NCBI GenBank assembly: GCA_023423715.1
Contig: JAFAFC010000035.1
Coordinates: forward strand, 752 to 64,751
Length of the DNA stretch: 64,000 nucleotides
Source: Bacteroidota bacterium
Lineage (GTDB): Bacteria; Bacteroidota; Bacteroidia; Flavobacteriales; Weeksellaceae
Direction of reading: 5' to 3'
Part shown: positions 1 through 8,794 of the stretch, in pieces
How the letters are laid out: the number at the start of each line of letters is the position of its first letter
How positions within the stretch are numbered: position 1 is the first letter of the stretch
The notes under the pieces: model-generated
The model's database searches: none
What the model saw: the letters and a program-made list of their open reading frames with translations, nothing else
Told to the model about the DNA's origin: nothing
Program-made: the position numbers and the translations under genes

Positions 1-48
1 AAATAGAACCAAAGAAGAGTAAACGATATATTGAAAATACTGCCACAT
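1..48 (-). CDS. 5' end of a further minus-strand ORF (MWQYFQYIVYSSLVLF...) that runs off the window. Its position after a ResB-like gene suggests a CcsA-type cytochrome c assembly protein.
   Basis: The ATG at 48-46 lies 1 nt after the TAA (52-50) of the upstream gene. The 16 visible residues are hydrophobic. Function is inferred from context only. Confidence 0.3.
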   Translation of the reverse strand, partial: MWQYFQYIVYSSLVLF

Positions 49-49
49 A

Positions 50-1285
50 TTATTTCTTATTTTGAATCATAAATGCTAATGTTCCTGCAATTAGGATGAA
101 AATCCCTACATAAACTAAGGGTAACCAAGGGTCATGAACAAGTTCTACAACACTTAATTCAGACCATTTTCCCATTTTATCATCGTAACTAATCTGATAG
201 ATTTTCCAGCCGTCTACTTTGATAGGGTGGTTTACTTGGATGATTCCTTCTTCAATTTTAGTTGTGTTTTTTTGATAAACTAAAACTTTAGATTCATACT
301 CTTTGGCTTCTGGTGGAGCCATAACCAATGTTTTTCCATCGCCTAAAGGAATCGTCATTGGTGGAAATTGAAAGTTTCCCGCGGAAATCCACTGTTCTTC
401 TTTCTTACCAGTTTTCAGATTTTCAACTTTGACTTTTGCGGCATTGGTTGCACCCCACATTTTACTTTTCGCATATTCTTTATTCCCGATGAATACAGCG
501 TCTGGGAGATATTCAACTAAAGTAATTTTCCAATCCAACATGGTTTGGCTAGAACCGTTTTTCTCCATTAAAAAACTCACTGGTTTTTTATCAGGCAACG
601 AATTTCCTTCTTTATCAATTATGAAAAGTTTGTTAGGATAATTTTCAATGGAAAACTTCTTCAGTTCCAAGGCGATTGGGAGTTCAACAATTCGATTGTT
701 GTCGTCTTTCGCTCGCCATTCAGGTTTGTCCTTATAAATATCCATCGTTAAACGGACTAAATCTCCTTGCCCCAAAACACCAGCGAAAAGCACCAAAAAC
801 AATCCAAAGTGATTAAGAATGAAAGTGATATTTTTCATTTGAAACACCAATGAACGTTTTAAAATGGCTAGCCATAAATTCACTAAAACGCAAAGGAAGA
901 TTACGCCAAAATACCAAGTTGTGGTAATGTTATCCAATCCTAAACGATGGCCCAATTCGTGGGAAGAGTTGCCTTCATGGCTGTGATCGAGGACGACGCT
1001 TCCTAAAACTATGGTAAGTAAACCTAACGTAAGTACGCTCACAATAGCGAAAGGAACGCTATTGAGTAAATTGATCCAATTTTTTTGCTTAAATAAAGCA
1101 AATATCGTCGTGAATATCACTAAGAAAGCAATGGCAAAGTAAATGTTTCCAGGAAAGGAAAACCAACTTTTCTCGATGCTTCCAAAAAAATATTGTATTC
1201 CAAGTCCAAGCCCTAGTAATACGAGATTGATTACTAGAGATTGGATGTATTGGTTTTTATTTTTCGAATTAAACTCGAATGTCAT
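50..1285 (-). CDS. ResB/CcsB-like cytochrome c biogenesis membrane protein
   Basis: 411 aa with N-terminal TM helices, a large soluble loop and a C-terminal TM (WKIYQISYDD...DPWLPLVYVGIFILIAG), which is the usual ResB layout. It starts 22 nt downstream of nrfA. Confidence 0.65.
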   Translation of the reverse strand: MTFEFNSKNKNQYIQSLVINLVLLGLGLGIQYFFGSIEKSWFSFPGNIYFAIAFLVIFTTIFALFKQKNWINLLNSVPFAIVSVLTLGLLTIVLGSVVLDHSHEGNSSHELGHRLGLDNITTTWYFGVIFLCVLVNLWLAILKRSLVFQMKNITFILNHFGLFLVLFAGVLGQGDLVRLTMDIYKDKPEWRAKDDNNRIVELPIALELKKFSIENYPNKLFIIDKEGNSLPDKKPVSFLMEKNGSSQTMLDWKITLVEYLPDAVFIGNKEYAKSKMWGATNAAKVKVENLKTGKKEEQWISAGNFQFPPMTIPLGDGKTLVMAPPEAKEYESKVLVYQKNTTKIEEGIIQVNHPIKVDGWKIYQISYDDKMGKWSELSVVELVHDPWLPLVYVGIFILIAGTLAFMIQNKK

Positions 1286-1307
1286 AACAGGGTGTTTTTA
1301 GTGTTTC

Positions 1308-2774
1308 TTAGTTTTTAGAGACTAATCTTTTCTTCGCTTTGGCGTCTTGTATCCATTTCGGAACGACTGTGTTCAAGAAGACTTGTTTGTCTTTTCGCTC
1401 TTTGGCCATATCCAAACCAATCACTTTTTGAGCTTTATCTTTGGTGGAAATGTCGGGCATAACAAACGCTTTTGCAATCTTGTTTTTGTCCGTTAAGCTG
1501 TTCATTTTGGTTTCGGCTTCCATGGCAAGGAATAAACCATCGCTTAATACACGTTGCGCTTCAATAGGTGCGTGGAAAGCCGATCCATGAGAAGCGGTAA
1601 TGAAATCCCATCTCCATTGTGATTTTCGAATCAACTCTAAAACTGGTTTCATTTGAGTATCGGTTGCACCGTTATCCCAAAGGAATTTCGCATAGAAATG
1701 AACTTTTGCTAATTGTTTTTCTAATCGATTTCTCAATGTGAAAACATAATCTTGTCTTTCATAAACATTCTGAGCAAGAACACCTTCAGATTCTCTATGA
1801 CAAACTTGACAGGTATTGTTGATGTTTTTCAGTGGACTTGCAATATGGTGATCCGAATATTTGATTCCACCTTCCGTTTTATACGGCATATGACAATCGG
1901 CACAAGAAACGCCACGCTGCGCATGAATTCCTAATTGGAAAATTTCGTAATCCGGGTGTTGCGCTTTAATAATCGGCGCTTTACTAATTTTATGTGTAAA
2001 ATCTGTGAAATTTGCTTTGTCATAGTATTCTTCCACTTTTTCAACGGTCATACCTTCATCCCATGGGAAAGTCAGATATTTTTCGTCGCCTTTAAAATAG
2101 TATTCAACGTGACATTGCGCGCAAACCAAAGATCGCATCTCTTGATGAGTTGATTTGGTTATGTCTTTTCCACTTCTACTAAATGCTTCAATTAAAGCGG
2201 GACGAGTAATCGTTAGATTCATCGTTTTAGGATCGTGACAATCGGCGCAACCAATAGGATTTACCACTTCACTTCCTAAATCAGACCAAGCTGTTTTGTA
2301 GAAATTAGCAACGCCCATTTCATTCATCAGCCTTGGAACGTCAGGAGATTTACAGGTCCAGCAAGTCGAAGGTTGAGGTCCTTTATTTTCCGCATTTGGA
2401 GCGCCTGTTCTTAATGTGTGCTGAATGTCTTCAATGGCGTGCATGTGGCCTCTTGGAGCAGTATAGTCCTTAGAAAACGCGTAGCCTGCCCATAGAACAA
2501 CCATTTCGGGTCTTTGAGCAAGAAGGTCGTCGTTGTTGCTGCTCATGTATTTGGATTTGAATGTGGTGTCCGCTGTTTGTTTCCAAGAATTGTATTCTCT
2601 TTGGAAATAGTCTCCCCAGATTTCGTTTCTCGATTCAAAATCCCCAATATTGGTATTGGATTTTGAGATGTACAAAGATTCTGCTCTTCTCTGGATAATG
2701 GAGTTAGCAAGCATTCCTAAACCAAAGATCACCACGCTTACTAATGCTACGATAAACCAATTTTTGCGTTTCAT
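1308..2774 (-). CDS. nrfA: Ammonia-forming pentahaem cytochrome c nitrite reductase NrfA
   Basis: 488 aa with an N-terminal anchor or signal. It has one CXXCK motif (CWTCK) and four CXXCH motifs (CADCH, CAQCH, CADCH, CQVCH) in the canonical NrfA order. Confidence 0.95.
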   Translation of the reverse strand: MKRKNWFIVALVSVVIFGLGMLANSIIQRRAESLYISKSNTNIGDFESRNEIWGDYFQREYNSWKQTADTTFKSKYMSSNNDDLLAQRPEMVVLWAGYAFSKDYTAPRGHMHAIEDIQHTLRTGAPNAENKGPQPSTCWTCKSPDVPRLMNEMGVANFYKTAWSDLGSEVVNPIGCADCHDPKTMNLTITRPALIEAFSRSGKDITKSTHQEMRSLVCAQCHVEYYFKGDEKYLTFPWDEGMTVEKVEEYYDKANFTDFTHKISKAPIIKAQHPDYEIFQLGIHAQRGVSCADCHMPYKTEGGIKYSDHHIASPLKNINNTCQVCHRESEGVLAQNVYERQDYVFTLRNRLEKQLAKVHFYAKFLWDNGATDTQMKPVLELIRKSQWRWDFITASHGSAFHAPIEAQRVLSDGLFLAMEAETKMNSLTDKNKIAKAFVMPDISTKDKAQKVIGLDMAKERKDKQVFLNTVVPKWIQDAKAKKRLVSKN

Positions 2775-2779
2775 ATCTT

Positions 2780-3397
2780 TTATTTTTGTTGTTTTACATT
2801 TTTAGATTCATCTACCTTATTGAATTTCTGCAACCATGCTGGGATAGGAGAGTCGGCTAGTGGAACGCGCGCGTTTGGTGCGGAACTTAATCCTCTAACA
2901 TTTCCGTGCGGTACGTCGCGATGACAGTCCCAACATAGTTTTCCATTGCCTTCATGTGCCATTGGTGCGGTTACTTGAGCTGTTTTTACAACCTCATTAA
3001 GTTCTGTATGGCAACGAATACAATTTTCTTGAACTACTTTTTTTCCTGGTGCTAATATTTTAATGGTTTGAGGTTCCATTTCCAAAGCGTAAATTGAAGC
3101 GTGTCGTGCACCGTCCATGGCTTTAAAGAAGTAGGTTCGCGCAATATTATCATGCGGAACATGGCAATCATTACACGTCGTGTTTCTTCCGTGGGATGAG
3201 TGAAACCATGTGGCGTATTCAGGCGCCATAATATGACAGTTAACACAGGCTTTGGGATCGTCGGAAAGATATGATCCTGCTTTCGAAATGTAAAGCGTGT
3301 AGCATCCTAATCCAATCATGATTCCCAACAGAACAGGAATAAGACTCTTTTTGAATCTGCTCTTCCGAGTTGATGGTGATGTTTTATTAGCTGACAT
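2780..3397 (-). CDS. nrfH: NapC/NirT-family tetrahaem cytochrome c NrfH (quinol dehydrogenase partner of NrfA)
   Basis: 205 aa with one N-terminal TM helix and four CXXCH motifs (CVNCH, CNDCH, CIRCH, CWDCH). It ends 5 nt upstream of nrfA. Confidence 0.9.
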   Translation of the reverse strand: MSANKTSPSTRKSRFKKSLIPVLLGIMIGLGCYTLYISKAGSYLSDDPKACVNCHIMAPEYATWFHSSHGRNTTCNDCHVPHDNIARTYFFKAMDGARHASIYALEMEPQTIKILAPGKKVVQENCIRCHTELNEVVKTAQVTAPMAHEGNGKLCWDCHRDVPHGNVRGLSSAPNARVPLADSPIPAWLQKFNKVDESKNVKQQK

Positions 3398-3475
3398 AAT
3401 AAAGGATTTATTAATCTTATTTGTAAAATTAGGATTTAATAATCACCTAAACCGCATTTCTGTTTCTAAATGAAT

Positions 3476-3489
3476 ATGATATATATCAA
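3476..3489. promoter_or_regulatory. FNR/CRP-type palindromic box ATGAT-ATAT-ATCAA in the nrfH/porin divergent region
   Basis: Matches TTGAT-N4-ATCAA at 9/10 positions. The core TGATATATATCA (3477-3488) is a perfect 12-bp palindrome. Its centre is about 85 nt from the nrfH ATG. Confidence 0.35.
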
Positions 3490-3626
3490 TAGTGATATTG
3501 GTTCTATTTATAATGATAACTCACTAATTTTATAAGCGTTAAATGATTTATAATTCTTTGTTTAGAATGGATAAATTTTAGAAAAATATAAAAGGAATAA
3601 AAAGTCCTAAATATAAATTTAAGATT

Positions 3627-4967
3627 ATGAAAAATACACAAATTAGTAGCTTGGCCGTGATTGCATTATTGAGTTCTTCTTTTGCTTTGGCTCAAACGAC
3701 AGAAACTCCTGAAAATGAAATTACCGTAACCGCGCAATTACGTCCACGTTTTGAAATCCGAAATGGAGCTTACAAACCCATTGAAAAAGGACAAGATGCC
3801 GCGGTGTTGGTAAACAATCGTGCGCGTGTAACGATGGATTACAAGTATAAATCCAAACTGAAACTTCGATTTTCTGCTCAGAATGTGAACATTTGGGGAC
3901 AGGCAACTCAAGTTCAGGTGAATGATCCATCAGGTGGTTTTTCGGTGTTTGAGGCGTATGGTGAGTTGGCGATTAATGAAAATTGGAGTACAAAAATCGG
4001 TAGACAAACTATTGTTTTGGACGATGAGCGTATTTTTGGTGGCCTCGATTGGCATCCTGCAGGAAGAAGTCACGATGCGATTAATGTTAGCTGGAACTCA
4101 GATAAAGCGGAAGTGAAATCCTATGTAGCCTACAATCAGAATTACAAAAACGCCAATCTGAATATCAATAATCCGAACGGAAGTTTCTTTAACCCGACGG
4201 ATGCGCAGCCGTATCAGCATATGGAAATGGTGCATGCGAAGTTTAAAATAGCGGAAAGTTCAACTTTAAGTGCGTTGGCAGCGAATTTGGGTTTTCAAAC
4301 CGATCAAATGGTAAATCAACAAATCGTTTCTGGAAAGAATTACAATATGCAAACGGTTGGTTTGAATTTTAATACCAGAAAACCAAGTTGGGAAACAGCG
4401 TTGAGTGGTTACTATCAATTTGGAAAAAACTCGAATGGTCTAGATAAATCGGCTTATATGCTTTCAGGAAATTTTAAATATAAACCTTCTCAACCGTCAT
4501 CACTAGGTATAGGAGTTGATTATTTAAGCGGTGATGATGTGAATAATGCAGCGGTTACCAAGTCGAATTATTTTGATCCTCTTTACGGAACCCATCATAA
4601 ATTCTATGGGTATATGGACTATTTTTATGTTTCGGGACCGCAGAATCCAGGCTTGTTAGATATTTACGTGACTGGAACCTATAAATTCAATCCAAAAGCA
4701 GATTTTTACGCTGCGGTACATTATTTCGGATCTTCTGGTGATGTTTATTCTGCGGGTAAAAAATTAAGTTCAACTTTAGGTTCGGAGTTTGATTTACAAT
4801 TTAACTATCAAATTCTACCGATGGTTAGCCTATCCACAGGATATTCAATGTATTTTGATACGGAAGCAATTCGGGCGATTAAGAAAACACCGGATCCAAA
4901 AAATATGCAAAATTGGTTCTGGATGTCCTTGAATATCAATCCGAAAATATTTTCGTATAAATTCTGA
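3627..4967 (+). CDS. Outer-membrane beta-barrel porin, alginate-export (AlgE-like) family
   Basis: 446 aa with a signal peptide (...SSFALAQ). It has LRPRFEIRN and GRQTIVLDDERIFGGLDWHPAGRSHDA motifs, alternating beta-strand character, and a C-terminal aromatic residue (YKF). Confidence 0.55.
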   Translation: MKNTQISSLAVIALLSSSFALAQTTETPENEITVTAQLRPRFEIRNGAYKPIEKGQDAAVLVNNRARVTMDYKYKSKLKLRFSAQNVNIWGQATQVQVNDPSGGFSVFEAYGELAINENWSTKIGRQTIVLDDERIFGGLDWHPAGRSHDAINVSWNSDKAEVKSYVAYNQNYKNANLNINNPNGSFFNPTDAQPYQHMEMVHAKFKIAESSTLSALAANLGFQTDQMVNQQIVSGKNYNMQTVGLNFNTRKPSWETALSGYYQFGKNSNGLDKSAYMLSGNFKYKPSQPSSLGIGVDYLSGDDVNNAAVTKSNYFDPLYGTHHKFYGYMDYFYVSGPQNPGLLDIYVTGTYKFNPKADFYAAVHYFGSSGDVYSAGKKLSSTLGSEFDLQFNYQILPMVSLSTGYSMYFDTEAIRAIKKTPDPKNMQNWFWMSLNINPKIFSYKF

Positions 4968-4975
4968 AAATAAGC

Positions 4976-4983
4976 TATATTTG
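4976..4983 (+). promoter_or_regulatory. Candidate Bacteroidota -7 box TATATTTG upstream of the Rrf2 gene
   Basis: Exact match to TAnnTTTG. It lies only 3 nt before the ATG at 4987, so it implies either a leaderless transcript or a chance match. Confidence 0.25.
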
Positions 4984-4986
4984 ACT

Positions 4987-5421
4987 ATGTTTTCAAATGC
5001 AGCAGAATACGCCATCAAGGCTTGTATATGGATTGCCAACAATGCTTCGGATAAGCACTTGGTGAAGGCGGTGGATTTGGCCGAAGCTACGTCTATGCCA
5101 AAAGCTTTTATTGCAAAAATATTGCAAAGCTTGTCCAAAAAAAATATTGTAACCTCGGTGAAAGGGCCTAATGGTGGTTTTTACATCTATAAAAATCAAC
5201 CAGAACTGATTTCCATATATTCCATTGTAGAAGCGGTGGATGGCAATAGTATTTTGCATTCTTGTGTTCTAGGAATTAAAGTTTGCTCCGATGCAAAACC
5301 TTGTCCAGCACACGAAAAGTATAAGCCAATTCGACTTCAAATTGCGGATTTCTTGTTGAATACAAATTTGAAAGAATTAGCTGAAGGACTGAAAACGGGT
5401 CATGCTTATTTATCGATTTAG
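4987..5421 (+). CDS. Rrf2-family transcriptional regulator (NsrR/IscR-like, 3-Cys cluster ligands)
   Basis: The N-terminus MFSNAAEYAIKACIWIA is a typical Rrf2 wHTH. A C-x6-C-x5-C motif is present (CVLGIKVCSDAKPC). The ORF-track start at 4981 is TTG; the ATG at 4987 is preferred. Confidence 0.85.
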   Translation: MFSNAAEYAIKACIWIANNASDKHLVKAVDLAEATSMPKAFIAKILQSLSKKNIVTSVKGPNGGFYIYKNQPELISIYSIVEAVDGNSILHSCVLGIKVCSDAKPCPAHEKYKPIRLQIADFLLNTNLKELAEGLKTGHAYLSI

Positions 5422-5439
5422 AAAAAAAATATAGTAAAA

Positions 5440-5468
5440 GAAAAACTCCCCAGTTGGGGAGTTTTTTT
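5440..5468. terminator. Bidirectional rho-independent terminator between convergent genes
   Basis: Stem AACTCCCC/GGGGAGTT with loop AGTT, an A-run on the left and a T-run on the right. Confidence 0.7.
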
Positions 5469-6051
5469 ATTTTCCAAATTCAATTTTCCATTGATCTGCG
5501 GCTTCGCTTAAGGTCTGATAAAACGTTTCACCGTACTTTCTAATTAAAGGGGTTTTCAGGAATTTGTACACCGGCACTTGCAACTCTTTTCCGAGAGCAC
5601 AAGCGTCACTGCAAATATGCCATTCGTGGTAATTCAGCGCTTCAAAAGATGAATATTGTTGTACTCGAATCGGGTATAGGTGACAAGAAATAGGCTTTTG
5701 CCAATCAATCGCGCCGTCTTCGTAGGCTTTTTCAATCCCACATTTGGTGATTCCGTTATCATCAAAAGTTACGTAAACGCAATCCCGATTTCCCACCATG
5801 GGCGTTACGTAATCGCCATCACTAGGATCAATTTCCCAGGTTCCTTTTTGTTCAATCGCCTCAATCCCATCAGCGGTTAAATACGGTTTTATTTTCTCGT
5901 AAATGGAATCCAAAATCGCTGCTTCTTCTTTTTCAAGAGGAGCGCCGATATCACCTTCCACACAACAAGCGCCTTTGCATTTGCTAAGATTACAGACAAA
6001 CTCTTCTTCAAAGAGGTCTTCAGAAATCAATTTATCGTCTATTTGTATCAT
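5467..6051 (-). CDS. DUF3109-family Cys-rich protein
   Basis: 194 aa. The N-terminal CNLSKCKGACCVEGD motif and overall layout match my recollection of DUF3109. Confidence 0.65.
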   Translation of the reverse strand: MIQIDDKLISEDLFEEEFVCNLSKCKGACCVEGDIGAPLEKEEAAILDSIYEKIKPYLTADGIEAIEQKGTWEIDPSDGDYVTPMVGNRDCVYVTFDDNGITKCGIEKAYEDGAIDWQKPISCHLYPIRVQQYSSFEALNYHEWHICSDACALGKELQVPVYKFLKTPLIRKYGETFYQTLSEAADQWKIEFGK

Positions 6052-6054
6052 GAT

Positions 6055-6960
6055 CTAAAAAAAATTAATATACGTTCCCACCTTAAATAGGATCAGAGAA
6101 AGAATAATTACCCATAAAGAAACTTCTCGCATCCAATATTTCGGCATATACGCTATCGCCCGGCTGATAATCACAGAAACGGGGAACGAAAGTAGTAATA
6201 AATATTCATGTTCCACTCCCATGTACAGGATTATGGACACCAATTGCGCCAACGAAAATACCAAGATAAACGAGTATTTGTATTTACTAGTCGGAGATTT
6301 TTCATTGAAATGTTTGAAATGCTCCCAAATTGCATAAATGATTAGCAAAACAATAGGGATCAAAAAGTATAAAGGGTAAAAATCTTGGGTCGGAACAAAC
6401 TTTCCAAAAGGGATATAAGCGCCGTCCCACGAATTGAAATTCAAATAGAAAGCGATGCTTAAATAACTAATTGCAATTAAAAACATCCCAAAAAACAATC
6501 GAAAAAGATTAAGATAAATTCGATCCGAAGTAGATATTAAGTGGATAATTACAAACACAATTAACGGCCACGTTGTTGGCAAAAAGATAAAGTTGATTGC
6601 CAATAAAGAACCAATTAAAAGGTATTGGTTTTTATTACTTTGATCTTCAATATTCGTTAAAAGAAGTATAATAAAGGAATTGGTGAATAACGAAATCGCA
6701 ATTCCGATATCTAAACTACCGGGATAAAGAGCGAAAATAAAAAACGTATAAATGAAAAGCGGGACATGACTCTGGTAATTCAGGTTTATTTTGTTGAATA
6801 AAAAATATCCCAGCGCAATTCCTGCAAAAGTAATAACCGCTGAAATCGCATTTATTGTATTGAAATCCAGAACGTTAAATGTAATTACTATAAAAAGCAA
6901 AAAAACAAGATAAACCGGTATCGAAAAAATATTGCTTTCCTTTGAAAGTAATTTGAACAT
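6055..6960 (-). CDS. Multi-pass integral membrane protein of unknown function
   Basis: 301 aa, almost entirely hydrophobic helices. No catalytic motif was recognised. Confidence 0.5.
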   Translation of the reverse strand: MFKLLSKESNIFSIPVYLVFLLFIVITFNVLDFNTINAISAVITFAGIALGYFLFNKINLNYQSHVPLFIYTFFIFALYPGSLDIGIAISLFTNSFIILLLTNIEDQSNKNQYLLIGSLLAINFIFLPTTWPLIVFVIIHLISTSDRIYLNLFRLFFGMFLIAISYLSIAFYLNFNSWDGAYIPFGKFVPTQDFYPLYFLIPIVLLIIYAIWEHFKHFNEKSPTSKYKYSFILVFSLAQLVSIILYMGVEHEYLLLLSFPVSVIISRAIAYMPKYWMREVSLWVIILSLILFKVGTYINFF

Positions 6961-6966
6961 TTTTAT

Positions 6967-6974
6967 TAAATTTG
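6967..6974 (+). promoter_or_regulatory. Candidate -7 box TAAATTTG
   Basis: Exact TAnnTTTG match 27 nt upstream of the ATG at 7002. Confidence 0.4.
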
Positions 6975-7001
6975 TGCAAAGTTAATTTAAAAAAGAAAAT
7001 A

Positions 7002-7232
7002 ATGACAGCTTTCTGGTTATTCTTAGGTGGAGTTTTTAAATGGTCTTTCCAATTTTTCGAGCTTTTCGGAAATGTGTTAAACTGGATTCTGTTTATCGTA
7101 GCTTCTATTTTATTTATTTATTGGTGCGTAGTTCTAGTTAAAGATCTTGGAGGTGATGAAGATAAAGACTATTATTCGCCAACAGCTGGAAAGTATCCAT
7201 ATTACGATCCCAAAATCTACAAAAAAGACTAA
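7002..7232 (+). CDS. Small membrane protein of unknown function
   Basis: Sequence begins MTAFWLFLGG... and has one or two TM helices followed by an acidic/Tyr-rich tail. ATG 7002 is preferred to the TTG at 6972, which overlaps the -7 box. Confidence 0.5.
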   Translation: MTAFWLFLGGVFKWSFQFFELFGNVLNWILFIVASILFIYWCVVLVKDLGGDEDKDYYSPTAGKYPYYDPKIYKKD

Positions 7233-7256
7233 GGTTAATTAATTGATAAAAACCAT

Positions 7257-7290
7257 AAAAAAAACCGTTCATTTTTTGAACGGTTTTTTT
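7257..7290. terminator. Bidirectional rho-independent terminator
   Basis: Layout is A8-CCGTTC-loop-GAACGG-T7, placed between convergent genes. Confidence 0.7.
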
Positions 7291-7304
7291 ATGTTTTATT
7301 GATT

Positions 7305-7757
7305 TTAATCTTCGTACGTTGCATCGTGAATTGGCAATACCAATACCGGAATTGGAGAAGATTTGGTCAATGATTTGGTTAAACTTCCTACAAATACATC
7401 GTAGATACCACTTCGTCCATGAGATCCCATTACGATATAATTCGCTTCTTTTTCTTTTGCGTATTCCAAAATTAAATCTTTTGCAATTCCTTGCTTCAAT
7501 AGATGCTCACAATCTACACCTTGCGCGATTATGCGTTGTTCGATCGTGTTTAGACGGATAAGTTCTTCTTTAATCTCGTTTTGCTCTACTTCTGGGAAAT
7601 ACTGAAATCCCATATCTCCTATTGCAAACCCAATATCAGAGGGTGCAACATGTATCATGCAAATCTTACCATTTACTTCTTTCGCAAATTTTACGGCTCC
7701 TTCTACAAGTTTATCGGTCGCTTCACCGAAATCCACTGGCAATACAATATGTATCAT
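7305..7757 (-). CDS. Universal stress protein (UspA family)
   Basis: 150 aa. It carries the typical ...YIVMGSHGRSGIYDVFVGSLTKSL... ATP-binding motif G-x2-G-x9-G(S/T). Confidence 0.85.
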   Translation of the reverse strand: MIHIVLPVDFGEATDKLVEGAVKFAKEVNGKICMIHVAPSDIGFAIGDMGFQYFPEVEQNEIKEELIRLNTIEQRIIAQGVDCEHLLKQGIAKDLILEYAKEKEANYIVMGSHGRSGIYDVFVGSLTKSLTKSSPIPVLVLPIHDATYED

Positions 7758-7978
7758 AATCTTGGTTTTTATTGTTTCCTAAATTTACGACTTATTTTTT
7801 GGATCGTCAATTATCACAAGATGCTTTTCGTCATTTTTAATGGGATTTAACAAAGAATTTGAGCAACAATTCCAAATTTTTAATAAATGCCGTTAATCTT
7901 CGTTAAAATTCGTTTCTATACTTTAAGAAATGATTGCAGCATGAGAATTAGAGATAATTTTAGCAGCAAATAGGTTGT

Positions 7979-8794
7979 ATGAAGAAACTTTTATTTTTTG
8001 CCTTTCTACTATGTTTTAGCGTGATTTTTTCACAAACGAAAGTCGTCATTGGGACGGTTCTTTCGGATAATGAGGTTGCTTTAGCGGGAACTTTGGTGAT
8101 TAACTTGCGTACCGAGCAAAAAACGGGCACCAACCAAGAAGGTTTTTTTCTTATTGAAGCTTGGGAAGGAGACGAGTTGCGTTTCGTTCGTGGGGGATTC
8201 GAAAGAAAAGAGATTGTTGTCACTTCAGATATGCTGAAAAGCCCTTTACGACTTTCCTTAAAACCTATGGAACAATTGATTCCGGAGGTTGAAATTGGTT
8301 TTAAACCTTCTGGAAATCTGCGTAAAGATATTGCCCGACTTGAGACAAATTACGATCGCCAAGTTTCTAGCCTTAATTCCGGACTTAATTCCTATATGCG
8401 AAAACCGCTAACAGAAGTTATGCCTTCTAATAAAACACCGTCCGCTTTCCGAGGTCCGGATTATAATGCGGGACAAGTGGATATTGTTAAAGCGATTGGC
8501 GCATTGGTGTCTTTGGTTAGTAAAGCCACAAAAGAAAAACCCAAAGGTGTTGATTTTAGCGATCGGGAGAAGTTTTTTGTCAAAATAAAAGCGGCAATCG
8601 ACCTTGATCTCTTTGCTAATATGGGTTATCGAGACTATGATCTGGATCGACTAATTGCGTATGCTGATAAACGCTATTCTTTAACGAAAACCTATCACCA
8701 GAATTTTAATATCAACGCTATTGTTGGTTATCTGAAAATGGCTGCATTGGATTTTAAAAAAGTGGAAAAGAAAGATGCGAATCCATTGCCTTAG
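7979..8794 (+). CDS. Secreted hypothetical protein, paralog A (N-terminal carboxypeptidase-regulatory-like beta-sandwich?)
   Basis: Signal peptide ...CFSVIFSQT. It shares the blocks LRFVRGGFERKEI and EVEIGFKPSGNLRKDI with the next ORF. Confidence 0.6.
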   Translation: MKKLLFFAFLLCFSVIFSQTKVVIGTVLSDNEVALAGTLVINLRTEQKTGTNQEGFFLIEAWEGDELRFVRGGFERKEIVVTSDMLKSPLRLSLKPMEQLIPEVEIGFKPSGNLRKDIARLETNYDRQVSSLNSGLNSYMRKPLTEVMPSNKTPSAFRGPDYNAGQVDIVKAIGALVSLVSKATKEKPKGVDFSDREKFFVKIKAAIDLDLFANMGYRDYDLDRLIAYADKRYSLTKTYHQNFNINAIVGYLKMAALDFKKVEKKDANPLP

